A stretch of DNA of 64,000 bases from contig OZ252098.1 of assembly GCA_965248355.1 (NCBI GenBank), forward strand, positions 1,390,098 through 1,454,097, in the 5' to 3' direction. The notes beneath the pieces were generated by a model. It saw only the letters and a list, made by a program, of their open reading frames with translations, did not search any database and was not told the origin of the DNA. Shown in pieces: positions 27,433 through 37,037 of the stretch. Position numbers and translations under genes: made by a program. Source of the stretch: Candidatus Latescibacterota bacterium (GTDB lineage Bacteria; Latescibacterota; UBA2968; UBA8231). How positions within the stretch are numbered: position 1 is the first letter of the stretch; the number at the start of each line of letters is the position of its first letter.

Positions 27433-29352
27433 ATGTTGCCCCTGCCCCGGCAGGTGTCGATCCCGGGCTCCGTGAGTCGCTCTCGAAAGGCGGTCCGGGT
27501 GACCGCCGCCGGACCGGCCGACGAGGTCCTGGAGGAGGCCGTGGATCTCCTCACCGAGGCGGTGGGCCACCGCTGCGAGGGGGAGGCGCAGCTGACGATC
27601 ACCCTCGGCCGGATCGGTGATCTCGAGGCCGTGCCGGATGAGCGCCTGGCCGGTGCCCGCAACCCCGGGCAGGCGTACGTGATCACCGCTCCCTCGGAGG
27701 GCGAGATCGTCATCGCCGGGGGCTCGAGCGTCGGCGCCCTCTACGGCGCGGTCACCCTGGCTCAGTTGCTGGACGCATCGGCCGGCGCCGACCCCGTCGA
27801 GGCGCCCCTCGCCGAGATCGTCGACTGGCCGGAGATGGAGGAGCGCGGCGTCTGGAACTATCCCGACGCGCCCCGCTGGGTCCCGTGGATGGCCGGCCTC
27901 AAGCTCAACTACGGGAAGATGGCCGGCACCTCCCTCGGCCAGGTGGAGCGCGGCCGGCCGGTTGCGGCAGAGATCGACGCCGACCTCATGGTGCGCGCCC
28001 GGCGGCGGGGATTCGCCTACGTCCCCTTCATCTCGCACCTGAACTTCCTCCACGACAGCGGGATCTTCCGCGCCTGGCCGGAGCTGGCCGGCCAGGGGGA
28101 CGCCGCCCTGGCGGGGCGCTACTTCGCTCACAAGGAGGGCAACCAGCACCGGGCGCCCTGCGCCTCGCAGCCGGTCCTCGTCGACCTGCTGGCCGAGTGG
28201 ATGCTCTCCATCGCCGAGCAGGGGGCCGGCGAGATCAGCTGCTGGCTCAGCGAGCGCCCCTGCCAGTGCCAGTGCGAGCGCTGCACGCCCGTGGGCCAGT
28301 TCGTGCTGGAGACCCGCGCCTTCGTCGCCGCCTGGCAGCGCGCCCGCCAGCGCTTCCCGGGCCTGGTGATCCGCATCTTCTCCTCCACCACCACCCCGGA
28401 GCAGGACGACCGCGTCCTGGCCGAGCTGCCGGAGGAGGTGCGCTTCGAGCGCGCCTGCGCCACGGCCATGGAGCGCTGGCGCAACCTGCCGCGGGACCGC
28501 TTCGCCAACCCCTGCCTCGACGCGGCCGCCGCCGCCGGCCGCTGGATCGCCAGCTACGACGTGCCGCTGCAGGCCTACGGCAACGTCGACACGCCGGAGT
28601 TCAAGGTGCCCCAGTTCTCGGCCCAGCGGGTGCGGGACTTCGTGGCGCAGCTGGCGCGGCGGGGATACGCCGGCGCCTACGGCATGATGGCCTGGAGCAA
28701 CATGACCCGCGAGACCAGCGGGCTCTGCGTCTGCGCCCTGGCCGAGTACGCTTGGAACCCCGGCGGCCGCGGCGTCCGGGAGTTCGCCGAGGCCTGGGCC
28801 ACTCGCGAGGGCTTGTCGGACCCGGCCGCCGTCGGCGCCTGGGCGGAACTGATAGGCGAGGTCGAGTTCGACGTCTACGACTCCGACTTCCCCATGTGCT
28901 GGTCCTGGGGGCACGCGGCGGCCATGGTCGAGGAGGGGCAAGCGCCGCGCTTCGGCGACGGCATGTTCCGCCACTTCTCGGACGAGGAGGACTTCGAGCG
29001 AAAGCTGGAGACCTGCCGGAGGGCGGCCGAACTGGTGGAGGGGTTGGAGCGCGGGGACCTGGCGCTGGCCACGGAGGTGGTGGGCTCGTACGTGGCCCTG
29101 ATCCGCGCGGTCTGGAGGATCGCCCACGAAATGGCCCACGCCGACCGGACTTCGGAGGCCGGTCAGCGCGGGCTCATGAAGGGCGTGGAAGAGCTGGAGG
29201 AGGCCGGCGAGGCCAACGTCGAGGCCATCCGGGCCTGGCGCTCGCACTTGGGGCCGGAGCCGTGGAACCAGCGGGTCCACGACGCCATGGCCGGCACCCG
29301 CGACACGGTGCGGCGCATCGCCGGCCACGTCCGCGACCGCTACATCTACTGA
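27433..29352 (+). CDS. Glycoside hydrolase family 20-like (beta-N-acetylhexosaminidase N-domain-like) protein with no signal peptide
   Basis: 'MLPLPRQVSIPGSV...' and 'AEIVDWPEMEERGVWNY' resemble the GH20 domain-1/TIM-barrel entry. An unusual 'CWLSERPCQCQCERCTP' Cys cluster is present. The first 365 aa of the track ORF lie antisense to the PhyH gene and are rejected. Confidence 0.4.
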   Translation: MLPLPRQVSIPGSVSRSRKAVRVTAAGPADEVLEEAVDLLTEAVGHRCEGEAQLTITLGRIGDLEAVPDERLAGARNPGQAYVITAPSEGEIVIAGGSSVGALYGAVTLAQLLDASAGADPVEAPLAEIVDWPEMEERGVWNYPDAPRWVPWMAGLKLNYGKMAGTSLGQVERGRPVAAEIDADLMVRARRRGFAYVPFISHLNFLHDSGIFRAWPELAGQGDAALAGRYFAHKEGNQHRAPCASQPVLVDLLAEWMLSIAEQGAGEISCWLSERPCQCQCERCTPVGQFVLETRAFVAAWQRARQRFPGLVIRIFSSTTTPEQDDRVLAELPEEVRFERACATAMERWRNLPRDRFANPCLDAAAAAGRWIASYDVPLQAYGNVDTPEFKVPQFSAQRVRDFVAQLARRGYAGAYGMMAWSNMTRETSGLCVCALAEYAWNPGGRGVREFAEAWATREGLSDPAAVGAWAELIGEVEFDVYDSDFPMCWSWGHAAAMVEEGQAPRFGDGMFRHFSDEEDFERKLETCRRAAELVEGLERGDLALATEVVGSYVALIRAVWRIAHEMAHADRTSEAGQRGLMKGVEELEEAGEANVEAIRAWRSHLGPEPWNQRVHDAMAGTRDTVRRIAGHVRDRYIY

Positions 29353-29377
29353 AAGCGGCGGCGGACGCCGGCCGGGA

Positions 29378-29815
29378 TCAGCCGGCCACGGCGGCGTGTA
29401 TCTCCGTCCAGTCGTCGAGGTTGTTGAGGTTCACCGCGTCCTTGATCGAGCCGTCGTCGGCGACCCCGGCGGCCGACAGGATGGCGCCGCGGGTGTCGTC
29501 GTCGTGGTCGTAGCCTCGGATGGCGGCGTTGGAGGCCTCGATCTCCCCCTGGGGGATGCTGCCGCCCCGCTGCTGAACGACCCAGGCCTCGAACTGGGCA
29601 TAGGTGGGCAGGTTGGACTTGATGTAGCCCACGGCCGCGTCGCGGTCGACCGACAGCCCGTCGAGGACCATCTGGTCGAAGCCCTGTCCGCACTCGTCGT
29701 ACCCGTCCTCGAGCTGTCCCTTGGCGCTCAGCAGTACCTTCGACCACAGCCTCGGCAGGTGGATGGCCCCGAGGGGACCGGCCAGGTCCGAGCTGATCAG
29801 CGGAATCGTGCCCAT
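29378..29815 (-). CDS. Hypothetical protein
   Basis: Start chosen at 'MGTIPLISSDLAGPLG'. No recognisable motif. Confidence 0.3.
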   Translation of the reverse strand: MGTIPLISSDLAGPLGAIHLPRLWSKVLLSAKGQLEDGYDECGQGFDQMVLDGLSVDRDAAVGYIKSNLPTYAQFEAWVVQQRGGSIPQGEIEASNAAIRGYDHDDDTRGAILSAAGVADDGSIKDAVNLNNLDDWTEIHAAVAG

Positions 29816-29952
29816 AATGGTTCCTCCGGTGTGAGTGGGGCGGAGAAATAGGGCGGCCCGGTCGCGGGCGTCAAGCATCGGGCTTGCCGGGCACGCGGCA
29901 GCCTGCTATGGTGCACGCAACCCGATATCGACCCGACACCAGGAGCGCGGAC

Positions 29953-30933
29953 ATGCACGCCGGCACCCAGCAGTTCAACACCAGCGATCACGATCTCGAG
30001 TTCCTCGCCCGCCACGGGGTGACCGCCAAGAGCGAGAACCACATCACCTTCCACCGGGAGTTCGGGTGGGACGTGAAGGAGCTGATCGAGAAGAAGGAGA
30101 AGTGCGCCCGCTTCGGCGTCGACCTGGAGATGGTGGCCATCCCCGTCCACTCCCTCGGCGTCGACGGCTGCAGCACTCCCAACTACATGCGCGGCCGGTA
30201 CGACGAGGGCGACCAGGAGATCGAGCTGGTCTGCAACATGATCCGCCAGGCCGCCGAAGCCGGCATCCCGGCGGTGAAGTACTTCCTGTGCGAGATGGAG
30301 AACCAGCGCACCGAGTCGACGCCCCCGGGACGGGGCAACTCACAATACAGCACCTGGAACCTGGAGAAGGCCGACGACTCGCCGCGCTACGACGAGCCGG
30401 TCACGGCCGAGCAGAACTGGGAGCGCATCACCCATTACCTGGAACGCGTCGTGCCGGTGGCCGAGGAGTGCAAGGTGCGCATGGCCTGCCACCCCTGCGA
30501 CCCGTGGCTGCCGCCGGGCTTCAAGGGCGTCGACCGCGTCCTCGGGGGCCCCGAGGGCTTCCGGCGCTTCATCACCATCTGCGAGAGCGACTACCACGGC
30601 GTCAACCTCTGCCTGGGCTGCATGGCCGAGGCCTCCACCGACCCGCGCAACGAGGTGCCGGAGATCATCCGCTACTTCGGGTCGCGCGACAAGATCTTCC
30701 TCTGCCACTTCCGCAACATCGTCGGCGGCCGCAACAAGTTCCAGGAGGTGTGGCCGGACGAGGGCGTCATGAGCATGCACCGCAACATCGGCGCCCTGAA
30801 TGAGGTGGGCTATCCGCACATGGTCGTGCCCGACCACGCCCCCGGCCACCCCGACTCCGACGGCTACCAGGCCTGGGCCTACGAGTTCGGCTACATCCAG
30901 GCCATGATCCAGTCGGTGACCGACGAGGACTGA
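29953..30933 (+). CDS. uxuA: Mannonate dehydratase
   Basis: 'VRMACHPCDPWLPPG...', '...LCHFRNIVGGRNKFQEVWPDEG...', 'MVVPDHAP' align with the UxuA motifs 'VRMAVHPDDPP', 'THLRS', 'MRPDHG'. Confidence 0.65.
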   Translation: MHAGTQQFNTSDHDLEFLARHGVTAKSENHITFHREFGWDVKELIEKKEKCARFGVDLEMVAIPVHSLGVDGCSTPNYMRGRYDEGDQEIELVCNMIRQAAEAGIPAVKYFLCEMENQRTESTPPGRGNSQYSTWNLEKADDSPRYDEPVTAEQNWERITHYLERVVPVAEECKVRMACHPCDPWLPPGFKGVDRVLGGPEGFRRFITICESDYHGVNLCLGCMAEASTDPRNEVPEIIRYFGSRDKIFLCHFRNIVGGRNKFQEVWPDEGVMSMHRNIGALNEVGYPHMVVPDHAPGHPDSDGYQAWAYEFGYIQAMIQSVTDED

Positions 30934-30955
30934 GCGCCCCGAGAGGCGCGGCTCT

Positions 30956-33493
30956 CTACAGAGCCGAGGCGCGCCTCGTCAGCTCGGCCCGGGCCTCGGC
31001 GAAGAGGGCGATCAGCCGCGCCCGCACCTCCTCGTCCCTGAACACGCCGATGCGCTCGGCCCAGGCGACGCCGCCCTCCATGTGGGTGAGCAGGTACTCC
31101 CCGTCGCCCTCCTCGAAGGCGCCCCTCCGGCCGACGTCGACGTAGACCGGCGACGAGTGGGCCATCACCGGCCCGGCGTCGGTGGCGTACGGCCCCCAGC
31201 AGCGGGCGGCGATCCAGCAGGGCTTGCCGCACTCGATCTCCGTCTTCAGGGTGATCGAGCGATCGCCCTCCCCCGCCGTCTCCCGCTCCCGGGGGACGCC
31301 GTTGACCACCAGCTCCACCGCGGTCAGGGGCCAGACGCTCCAGGCCCGGGCCTCCACCTCCACGGTGCCGCCGTTGCCGGGCAGGTCGAGCTGGCCGCCC
31401 ATGGGCACGCCGTCGACGCGCAGGTCGATCATGGCGCCGGTGCTGGCGAAGGTCTGACCCGAGCGCACCGCCCGGCACCAGTTGTCGAAGGTGAACTCCC
31501 GGCCCTCGGCGAGGCGGGCATAGGTCCGCGAGCCGCCGAGGATGCGGCCGTTGGACATCTTGTCCGTGCCCCCGACGATGGGCAGCTTCTGGCCCACGTT
31601 CAGCCACCGGTAGTAGCCGCGCTCGCCCTGCCCGATCCGCTCGCCCTCCCAGATCCAGCACATCTCCGCGGCGTCGGCCTGGCCGAGGACGATGTTGGCG
31701 GCGTTCTCGAAGTCGGGGACCGGCATGTGGGGCATGATGACGAGGCCGCCCTGGGCGCGGCACTGCTCCGCCCAGTCCGCCATCAGCGCCTGGATCTCGC
31801 CGCCGACCCAGTCCTCCTGGGGGCCTCCCGTGCACATGGGCGCCACCAGTTCCCGCAGGCCGAGCAGGCTGATGTGGCCGAGCACGTGCTGGCGGTTCTC
31901 CTGGCTCACGTAGACGAGGTGGTTCTCCGTCGACGTGGGCGCCACGCCGCCGGTGAACTCCTCCCAGCTGGTGAACAGCCGCCCCCACTGGCTGGCCAGC
32001 AGGTGCACCACGTTCAGGTCCTCCCCCTCGGCCTCCAGCACGCTCGACTGGGAGGAGAGAAAGTGGACGTGGGTGTCCCCGGACCAGTAGCCCTCGGCCT
32101 TCATGTCGAAGGCGCGCTGCACGGCCAGGGTCAGGTGCCGCTGCCCGGGCTTGATCTCCAGCTGCCGGCGCGCCGGCTCGTACTCGAAGCCGCGGGCCAC
32201 CTCGACGAAGCTGGCCCCCACGGGCAGCTCGATCTGGCAGGTCCCGTCGATGTAGGCGTACGGGGTGCCTCCCGTCTTGCAGTCGCCGCCCATGTCCTCG
32301 AACCAGGCGATGTTGACGTCGGCCTGGTGGCCGTGGGGGGCGAGGTAGACCCCCTCCTTCGAGCGGAAGTGGACGCGGCAGCCCACCGGGTCCCCCGTGT
32401 CGGCGTCGACGACGCGCACGTGCACCCACTGCCGGCCCTCGCCGTCCACCACCTGGACGCGCACGGGTCCGGACTCGGCCTCGCCCCGCTCCAGGACCTC
32501 GCCCCAGCGGAAGCCGGCGGCCGCCTCCCCCGAGGTCACCTCCAGGTTGGCCAGCGGCGAGCCGTGGACCTCGACCTGGCCTCCCGGGCCGACCTGCTGT
32601 CCGCCGCGGCCCCAGCCGGTCTCGTCGGTGGTCAGGAAGTCCGGGCCGGGAAGGAACAGGTCGTCCTGGCGCGCGATCACCCCCCGGTCCACGCCGACCT
32701 CCGGGGCTTCCTCGCCGCCCTCCACCGTCACCGCCACGGTGCGCCGCGCCTCCCAGTGGAAGGGGTCCTCCTGCTCCTGGCACAGGGTGACGGCGCCGAG
32801 GACCAGGGGCGTGGGCGTCGCCGCCTCCAGGACCACCTCGGCGATCTCCGCCTCCGGGCTGGGCACGGCCAGGTCGAAGAGCCACCAGCCCGTCAGGTCG
32901 CCGCCCATGGCGCCCGTCCCGCCGGCGGGACGGCCGTCGGCCCGGTCGTAGCGCGAGTACACGCCCACCTGGGAGCCGCCGTACCCGAGGGCCGGCTCGT
33001 GGAGGCCCACGGAGTCGAAGTGCCGGCCGTTGCGGCACAGGAAGGGATGGTGGCCCCAGGGGGCGTTGATGTCGTGGATCTCCCAGCGCCGGCGCAGGGG
33101 CTGCGCGGACTCGGAGCCATCGGCGAAGCGGACGACGTAGCGGCCGAGGGCCTCGCCCGCCCCCTCGAGGGTGGCCCACTCCCCGTCCACGGGAGCGCAG
33201 GCGTGGGCGAAGAGCAGGCGGCGGGCCCGGGCGCCCACGGGGATGACCACCCGCGACTCGGCGGCCTCCCCGGCCGCGGCGACCACGAAGCGCCGCTCGG
33301 CGTCGGCTTTCGCCAGCTGGAAGGGGACGCCGAGGAAGAGGCACTCGCCGGCCGGCAGACCATCCAGAGGCGTGGCGTGCGGATCGTCGCCGGAGTGGGG
33401 CCACAGCCAGCGCCCGCCGAGATCGATGTTCCCCGTGCCGGCGTTGCAGAGGCTCGTCAGGTCCAGAGGTTGGAAGGAATCGTTCATTGTCAT
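30956..33493 (-). CDS. Two-domain protein: N-terminal domain of unknown function (about 430 aa) plus C-terminal PHP-domain metal-dependent phosphoesterase/hydrolase (CehA/McbA-like)
   Basis: 'YWSGDTHVHFLSSQ' PHP motif and downstream His/Asp ligand pattern. RBS 'aaagga' before the chosen start. Confidence 0.5.
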   Translation of the reverse strand: MTMNDSFQPLDLTSLCNAGTGNIDLGGRWLWPHSGDDPHATPLDGLPAGECLFLGVPFQLAKADAERRFVVAAAGEAAESRVVIPVGARARRLLFAHACAPVDGEWATLEGAGEALGRYVVRFADGSESAQPLRRRWEIHDINAPWGHHPFLCRNGRHFDSVGLHEPALGYGGSQVGVYSRYDRADGRPAGGTGAMGGDLTGWWLFDLAVPSPEAEIAEVVLEAATPTPLVLGAVTLCQEQEDPFHWEARRTVAVTVEGGEEAPEVGVDRGVIARQDDLFLPGPDFLTTDETGWGRGGQQVGPGGQVEVHGSPLANLEVTSGEAAAGFRWGEVLERGEAESGPVRVQVVDGEGRQWVHVRVVDADTGDPVGCRVHFRSKEGVYLAPHGHQADVNIAWFEDMGGDCKTGGTPYAYIDGTCQIELPVGASFVEVARGFEYEPARRQLEIKPGQRHLTLAVQRAFDMKAEGYWSGDTHVHFLSSQSSVLEAEGEDLNVVHLLASQWGRLFTSWEEFTGGVAPTSTENHLVYVSQENRQHVLGHISLLGLRELVAPMCTGGPQEDWVGGEIQALMADWAEQCRAQGGLVIMPHMPVPDFENAANIVLGQADAAEMCWIWEGERIGQGERGYYRWLNVGQKLPIVGGTDKMSNGRILGGSRTYARLAEGREFTFDNWCRAVRSGQTFASTGAMIDLRVDGVPMGGQLDLPGNGGTVEVEARAWSVWPLTAVELVVNGVPRERETAGEGDRSITLKTEIECGKPCWIAARCWGPYATDAGPVMAHSSPVYVDVGRRGAFEEGDGEYLLTHMEGGVAWAERIGVFRDEEVRARLIALFAEARAELTRRASAL

Positions 33494-33512
33494 CCTTTCG
33501 GTTCGTGCCAGG

Positions 33513-34481
33513 TCATCCGGCTCCGAGCACTCGGGCATAGTGGTCCAGGGACAGGTTGCCGCCGCTGAGCACCCCCACCACCCGCCGTCCCGCCAGCCGC
33601 GGGCCCAGACGCGCCGCCGCCGCCAGGGGCGCCGCGGCCGCTCCCTCGGCCAGGAGCCGGGCGTCGCGGGCGTACCAGCGGATCGCCTCCTCGATCTCCT
33701 CGTCGGTCACGAGGACGAGGTCGTCGAGGTGGCGCCACAGGATCTCCATGGTCATCTCGAAGGGCACGCGCGTGGCCAGGCCCTCGTGGACGGTCCGCAT
33801 CTCCGCCTCCACGTCGAGGCGGCGCTCCGACCAGGCCCGCCAGACCGCGGGGGCCGCGGCGGACTGCACGCCGATGACCTCGATCTCCGGGTTGCGGGCC
33901 TTGGCCGCCAGGCAGGTCCCCGCGGCCGCGCTGCCGCCGCCAACGGGCACGAGGATCACCTCCGTCCCGGGCGCGGCCTCGAGGATCTCCACGGCCATGG
34001 TGCCCGCCCCCGCGATCAGCTCGGGCTCGTTGGCCGAGTGCACGTAGCGTCGCCCCTCCCGCCGGGCCACCTCCTCCACCTCGACCCGCGCCTCGTCGAA
34101 GTCGCGGCCGTGGCGGCGCACCTCGGCGCCGAGGCGCTCCATGGCCTCCAGCTTGGCCGGGTTGGCGCCCTCGGCCGGGGCGTAGATCACCACCGAGGCG
34201 CCGAATCTTCCGCCGGCCCAGGCCATGGCCTGGCCGTGGTTGCCGGTGCTGGCGCTGATCAGGCCGCCGGCGAGCTCGGCCTCCGACAGACGCCCTACAA
34301 GGTTGACGGCGCCGCGGACCTTGAAGGCGCCCACGGGCTGGAAGCTCTCGCACTTGACGGCGTAGTCGCAGCCGAGCCGCTTCGACAGGGCCTCGCTGCC
34401 GATCAGGGGCGTGGGCGCCAGGTGCTCCTTCAGGAAGGACCTGGCCGCGTCCACGTCGGCCGCCGTGGGAAGCCGGGTCAT
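33513..34481 (-). CDS. PLP-dependent threonine/serine dehydratase-family enzyme (fold type II)
   Basis: Lys motif 'SFQPVGAFKVRGA' and 'STGNHGQA'. About 320 aa, typical of catabolic dehydratases and racemases. Confidence 0.7.
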   Translation of the reverse strand: MTRLPTAADVDAARSFLKEHLAPTPLIGSEALSKRLGCDYAVKCESFQPVGAFKVRGAVNLVGRLSEAELAGGLISASTGNHGQAMAWAGGRFGASVVIYAPAEGANPAKLEAMERLGAEVRRHGRDFDEARVEVEEVARREGRRYVHSANEPELIAGAGTMAVEILEAAPGTEVILVPVGGGSAAAGTCLAAKARNPEIEVIGVQSAAAPAVWRAWSERRLDVEAEMRTVHEGLATRVPFEMTMEILWRHLDDLVLVTDEEIEEAIRWYARDARLLAEGAAAAPLAAAARLGPRLAGRRVVGVLSGGNLSLDHYARVLGAG

Positions 34482-35257
34482 GGCCGGTGCTCCCGGACCG
34501 CGGCCAGGGCTTCGGCCAGGTGGCGGCGGTAGAGGTCCAGGTCGAGGCCGACGGCGAGGATGCGGTAGCCCTTGTCGAGCAGCTCGCGAGCCTCCTCCGC
34601 GGTGGCGGCGAGGCGGCCCAGGGCCTTGCCCTCGGCCTCGCAGGCGCGGCGCACTTCCTCCTCGGCGGCCAGGTAGTCGGGGTGGTCGAAGAGGCCCGGG
34701 CGGCCGCTGAAGTTGGCCAGGTCGAACTGGCCGATCCAGAGGACGTCGATCCCCTTCACGGCGGCGATCTCCGGGGCGTTCCGGACCCCCCAGGGGCTCT
34801 CGATCTGGGCGATCACGAGGGTGCGCTCGTCGGCCTGGCGCATCTTCTCTTCCAGCGCCTCGTCGGCGCGGTAGTCGTCGTGGGCGACGCCGAAGGCGGC
34901 TCCCCGGCGTCCGGCCATGGGGTAGCGGCAGAACCCGGCCAGGCGCCGGGCCTGGTCGGCGTCGTCGACCATGGGCGCCATGACGCCGAGGGCGCCGGCG
35001 TCGAGGACCCGCGCCGCGAAGTGGTACTCGGCGGCCGGGATGCGCACGAAGGGCACCGCGCCGGTCCCGCCGCAGGTGGCCACGAGGCCGCGGATCGTCT
35101 CCATCGACCAGGCCGTGTGCTCCATGTCGAAGAGCACGAACTCGGCGCCGGCGTTGTCGGCGAGGCGGGCCACGCCGGTGGTCCCGAACTCCATCACCAT
35201 GGTGCCGAAGGACCGGCCGCCCTCCAGCAGGCGGCGCTTGACGGGGTTCTCTCTCAC
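34478..35257 (-). CDS. HpcH/HpaI-family class II (pyruvate/2-oxoacid) aldolase
   Basis: 'DMEHTAW...VRIP...YPMAGRRG' pattern parallel to HpaI/GarL. GTG start at 35257 preceded by GGAGG. A 4-bp overlap couples it to the upstream gene. Confidence 0.7.
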   Translation of the reverse strand: MRENPVKRRLLEGGRSFGTMVMEFGTTGVARLADNAGAEFVLFDMEHTAWSMETIRGLVATCGGTGAVPFVRIPAAEYHFAARVLDAGALGVMAPMVDDADQARRLAGFCRYPMAGRRGAAFGVAHDDYRADEALEEKMRQADERTLVIAQIESPWGVRNAPEIAAVKGIDVLWIGQFDLANFSGRPGLFDHPDYLAAEEEVRRACEAEGKALGRLAATAEEARELLDKGYRILAVGLDLDLYRRHLAEALAAVREHRP

Positions 35258-36300
35258 TCGCCCCTCCGGCGGCGGGCGCAGGCCGCCAGCTTCGCGCGGA
35301 ACGGTTCCGCCTCCAGCACCTCGCCGTTGACCACGTGGCCGGGGGCGCGTCCCTCGGAGACGGCGAGGATGCCGGCGAAGGCGCTCTCCCCCATCATGCG
35401 GAAGCTCTCGTCCGTCCAGGCCAGGGAGTGGGGCGCCAGGATCACGTTGTCGAGCAGGAGCAGGGGATCGCGAGGATCGACGGGTTCCTCCTCGAAGACG
35501 TCGAGGGCGGCGCCGGCGATGGCGCCCTGCCCCAGGGCCGCGGTCAGCGCCGCCTGATCGACGATGGGCCCGCGGGCGACGTTGATCAAGTGGGCCGTCG
35601 GCTTCATCCGGTCCAGCTCCGCGGCGCCGATGAGGTGGCGGGTCTCCGGGGTCAGGGCACAGCAGATGAGGACGAAGTCGGCCTCCCTGAGCAAGTCCGC
35701 CAACGACACCAGCCGCGCCCCCAGCCCGGCGGCGGCCTGCTCGTCGGCGAAGGGATCGGCGGCCAGCAGGGTCATCTCGAAGGGCGCGCACAGCCGGCAG
35801 ACCTCGCGGCCGATGTTGCCCAGCCCCACCACGCCGAGGGTGCGCCCCCGCAGGCCGAGGCCCATGTGGTCGACCCTCTCCGGCCAGCGCCCTTCGCGGG
35901 TGAGCCGGTCCTTGGCCGGCAGCCGGTGGGCCAGGGCCAGGAGGAAGGCCATGGCGGCGCTGGCCACGGGACGCCGTACGCCGTCGGGGGTGATGGTCAG
36001 GGCCACCCCGGCGCGCGTGCAGGCGTCCACGTCCACCGAGTCGTAACCGACCCCGATGCGGGCCACCACCGCCAGCCGGCCGGCGTCCGCCAGGGTTGCC
36101 GCCGAGATCCTCGGGGCCAGGACGAGCAGGGCGTCGCAGTCGGCGACGGCCTCGGCCGGCACCTCGTCGGCGCCCTCCTCGAGGCAGTGCCACTCGACGC
36201 CCTCGGTCCGGTCCAGCGGGGAGAGGTCGATATCGGGAAAGGCCTGGCGGCCGTCGGGCCGCAGGAAGTCCATGGTGAGACCGACGCGAAACATCCTCAT
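35254..36300 (-). CDS. D-isomer-specific 2-hydroxyacid dehydrogenase (NAD-binding)
   Basis: 'GVVGLGNIGREV' NAD-binding motif and 'HLINVARG'. Confidence 0.75.
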   Translation of the reverse strand: MRMFRVGLTMDFLRPDGRQAFPDIDLSPLDRTEGVEWHCLEEGADEVPAEAVADCDALLVLAPRISAATLADAGRLAVVARIGVGYDSVDVDACTRAGVALTITPDGVRRPVASAAMAFLLALAHRLPAKDRLTREGRWPERVDHMGLGLRGRTLGVVGLGNIGREVCRLCAPFEMTLLAADPFADEQAAAGLGARLVSLADLLREADFVLICCALTPETRHLIGAAELDRMKPTAHLINVARGPIVDQAALTAALGQGAIAGAALDVFEEEPVDPRDPLLLLDNVILAPHSLAWTDESFRMMGESAFAGILAVSEGRAPGHVVNGEVLEAEPFRAKLAACARRRRGE

Positions 36301-37037
36301 CCTCCTCCGGAACGGATTCGGGCCTCGGCCTCGCCCAGGGCCGCGGCGTTGTCCCAGGCGGCGATCAGATCGGCCCGGGCCCGCTCGGTTTCCCCGCCGA
36401 GGCGCCCTGCTTCGGCGACGAGGGCCGGCAGGGCGCGGACGACGTTGTCCACGATGGTCACCGTGGCGGCGCGGGCCGTGCGCGACAGCGGGTTCAGGTC
36501 GACGGTCAGGACCTGGCGGCCCATGCGGCGCAGGGCCTCGCAGCGGTCGCCGTCCTCGAGGGGGACGAAGATCACGTCCGCCTCGAGCAGTCCCTCGGGG
36601 TGCACGTGGCGGCGGTTCGAGTCGAGCCCCTCGAGGGCGGTCCCGGCCTCGGGCAGCAGGACACGCTCGGCGCCGTGGGCCTCCAGGTGGGCGGCGATGG
36701 CGCGCTCCCGCTCGCGGGAGCCGTGGAAGATGTTGACCTCGAGGGGAGCCCCGGTGAGCCGGGAGAGCCGCACCAGCTCCCCGGGGACCAGGGCGGCGGC
36801 GTTGCCGTTCACCGAGAGCACCGGTTGGCCGGCGGCCAGCAGCCAGGCCGCCGCCGCTTCGCAGGCGCGCCGGGCCCAGGGTCCGCTGCGCTCGCCCAAG
36901 AGGTAGTCGCAGGCCTCGCCGCGGCCGTGGGCGATCAGCCCGTGAGGCGAGGTGATGCCCGCCTCGACGCCGGCCACGATCAGGTCCCGCGTGAGCAGGG
37001 AGGCGCGGCGCGGATGGCTCTCGGGGACGTCGGTCAC
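36297..37037 (-). CDS. Conserved hypothetical protein; possibly an archaeal-type 4-phosphopantoate–beta-alanine ligase (PPS, COG1701/DUF137)-like ATP-dependent ligase (tentative)
   Basis: At 246 aa it matches PPS proteins in size and sits next to a short GHMP kinase, which is the archaeal PoK/PPS arrangement. The assignment rests on length and context, not on a verified motif. Motifs present: 'HGRGEA', 'SVNGNAAALVP'. Confidence 0.3.
   Translation of the reverse strand: MTDVPESHPRRASLLTRDLIVAGVEAGITSPHGLIAHGRGEACDYLLGERSGPWARRACEAAAAWLLAAGQPVLSVNGNAAALVPGELVRLSRLTGAPLEVNIFHGSRERERAIAAHLEAHGAERVLLPEAGTALEGLDSNRRHVHPEGLLEADVIFVPLEDGDRCEALRRMGRQVLTVDLNPLSRTARAATVTIVDNVVRALPALVAEAGRLGGETERARADLIAAWDNAAALGEAEARIRSGGG

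Noticed and set aside
30891-33404. 837-aa minus ORF, 828-aa plus ORF and other long overlapping ORFs across the PHP-domain gene
   Set aside because: Arg/Gly/Pro-rich artefacts. Only the frame carrying the 'GDTHVHF' PHP motif is credible.
34478-36193. 571-aa extension of the HpcH aldolase ORF through the dehydrogenase gene
   Set aside because: The upstream 310 aa are low-complexity and overlap the well-supported dehydrogenase gene. A GTG start with a GGAGG RBS at 35257 gives a canonical 259-aa aldolase.
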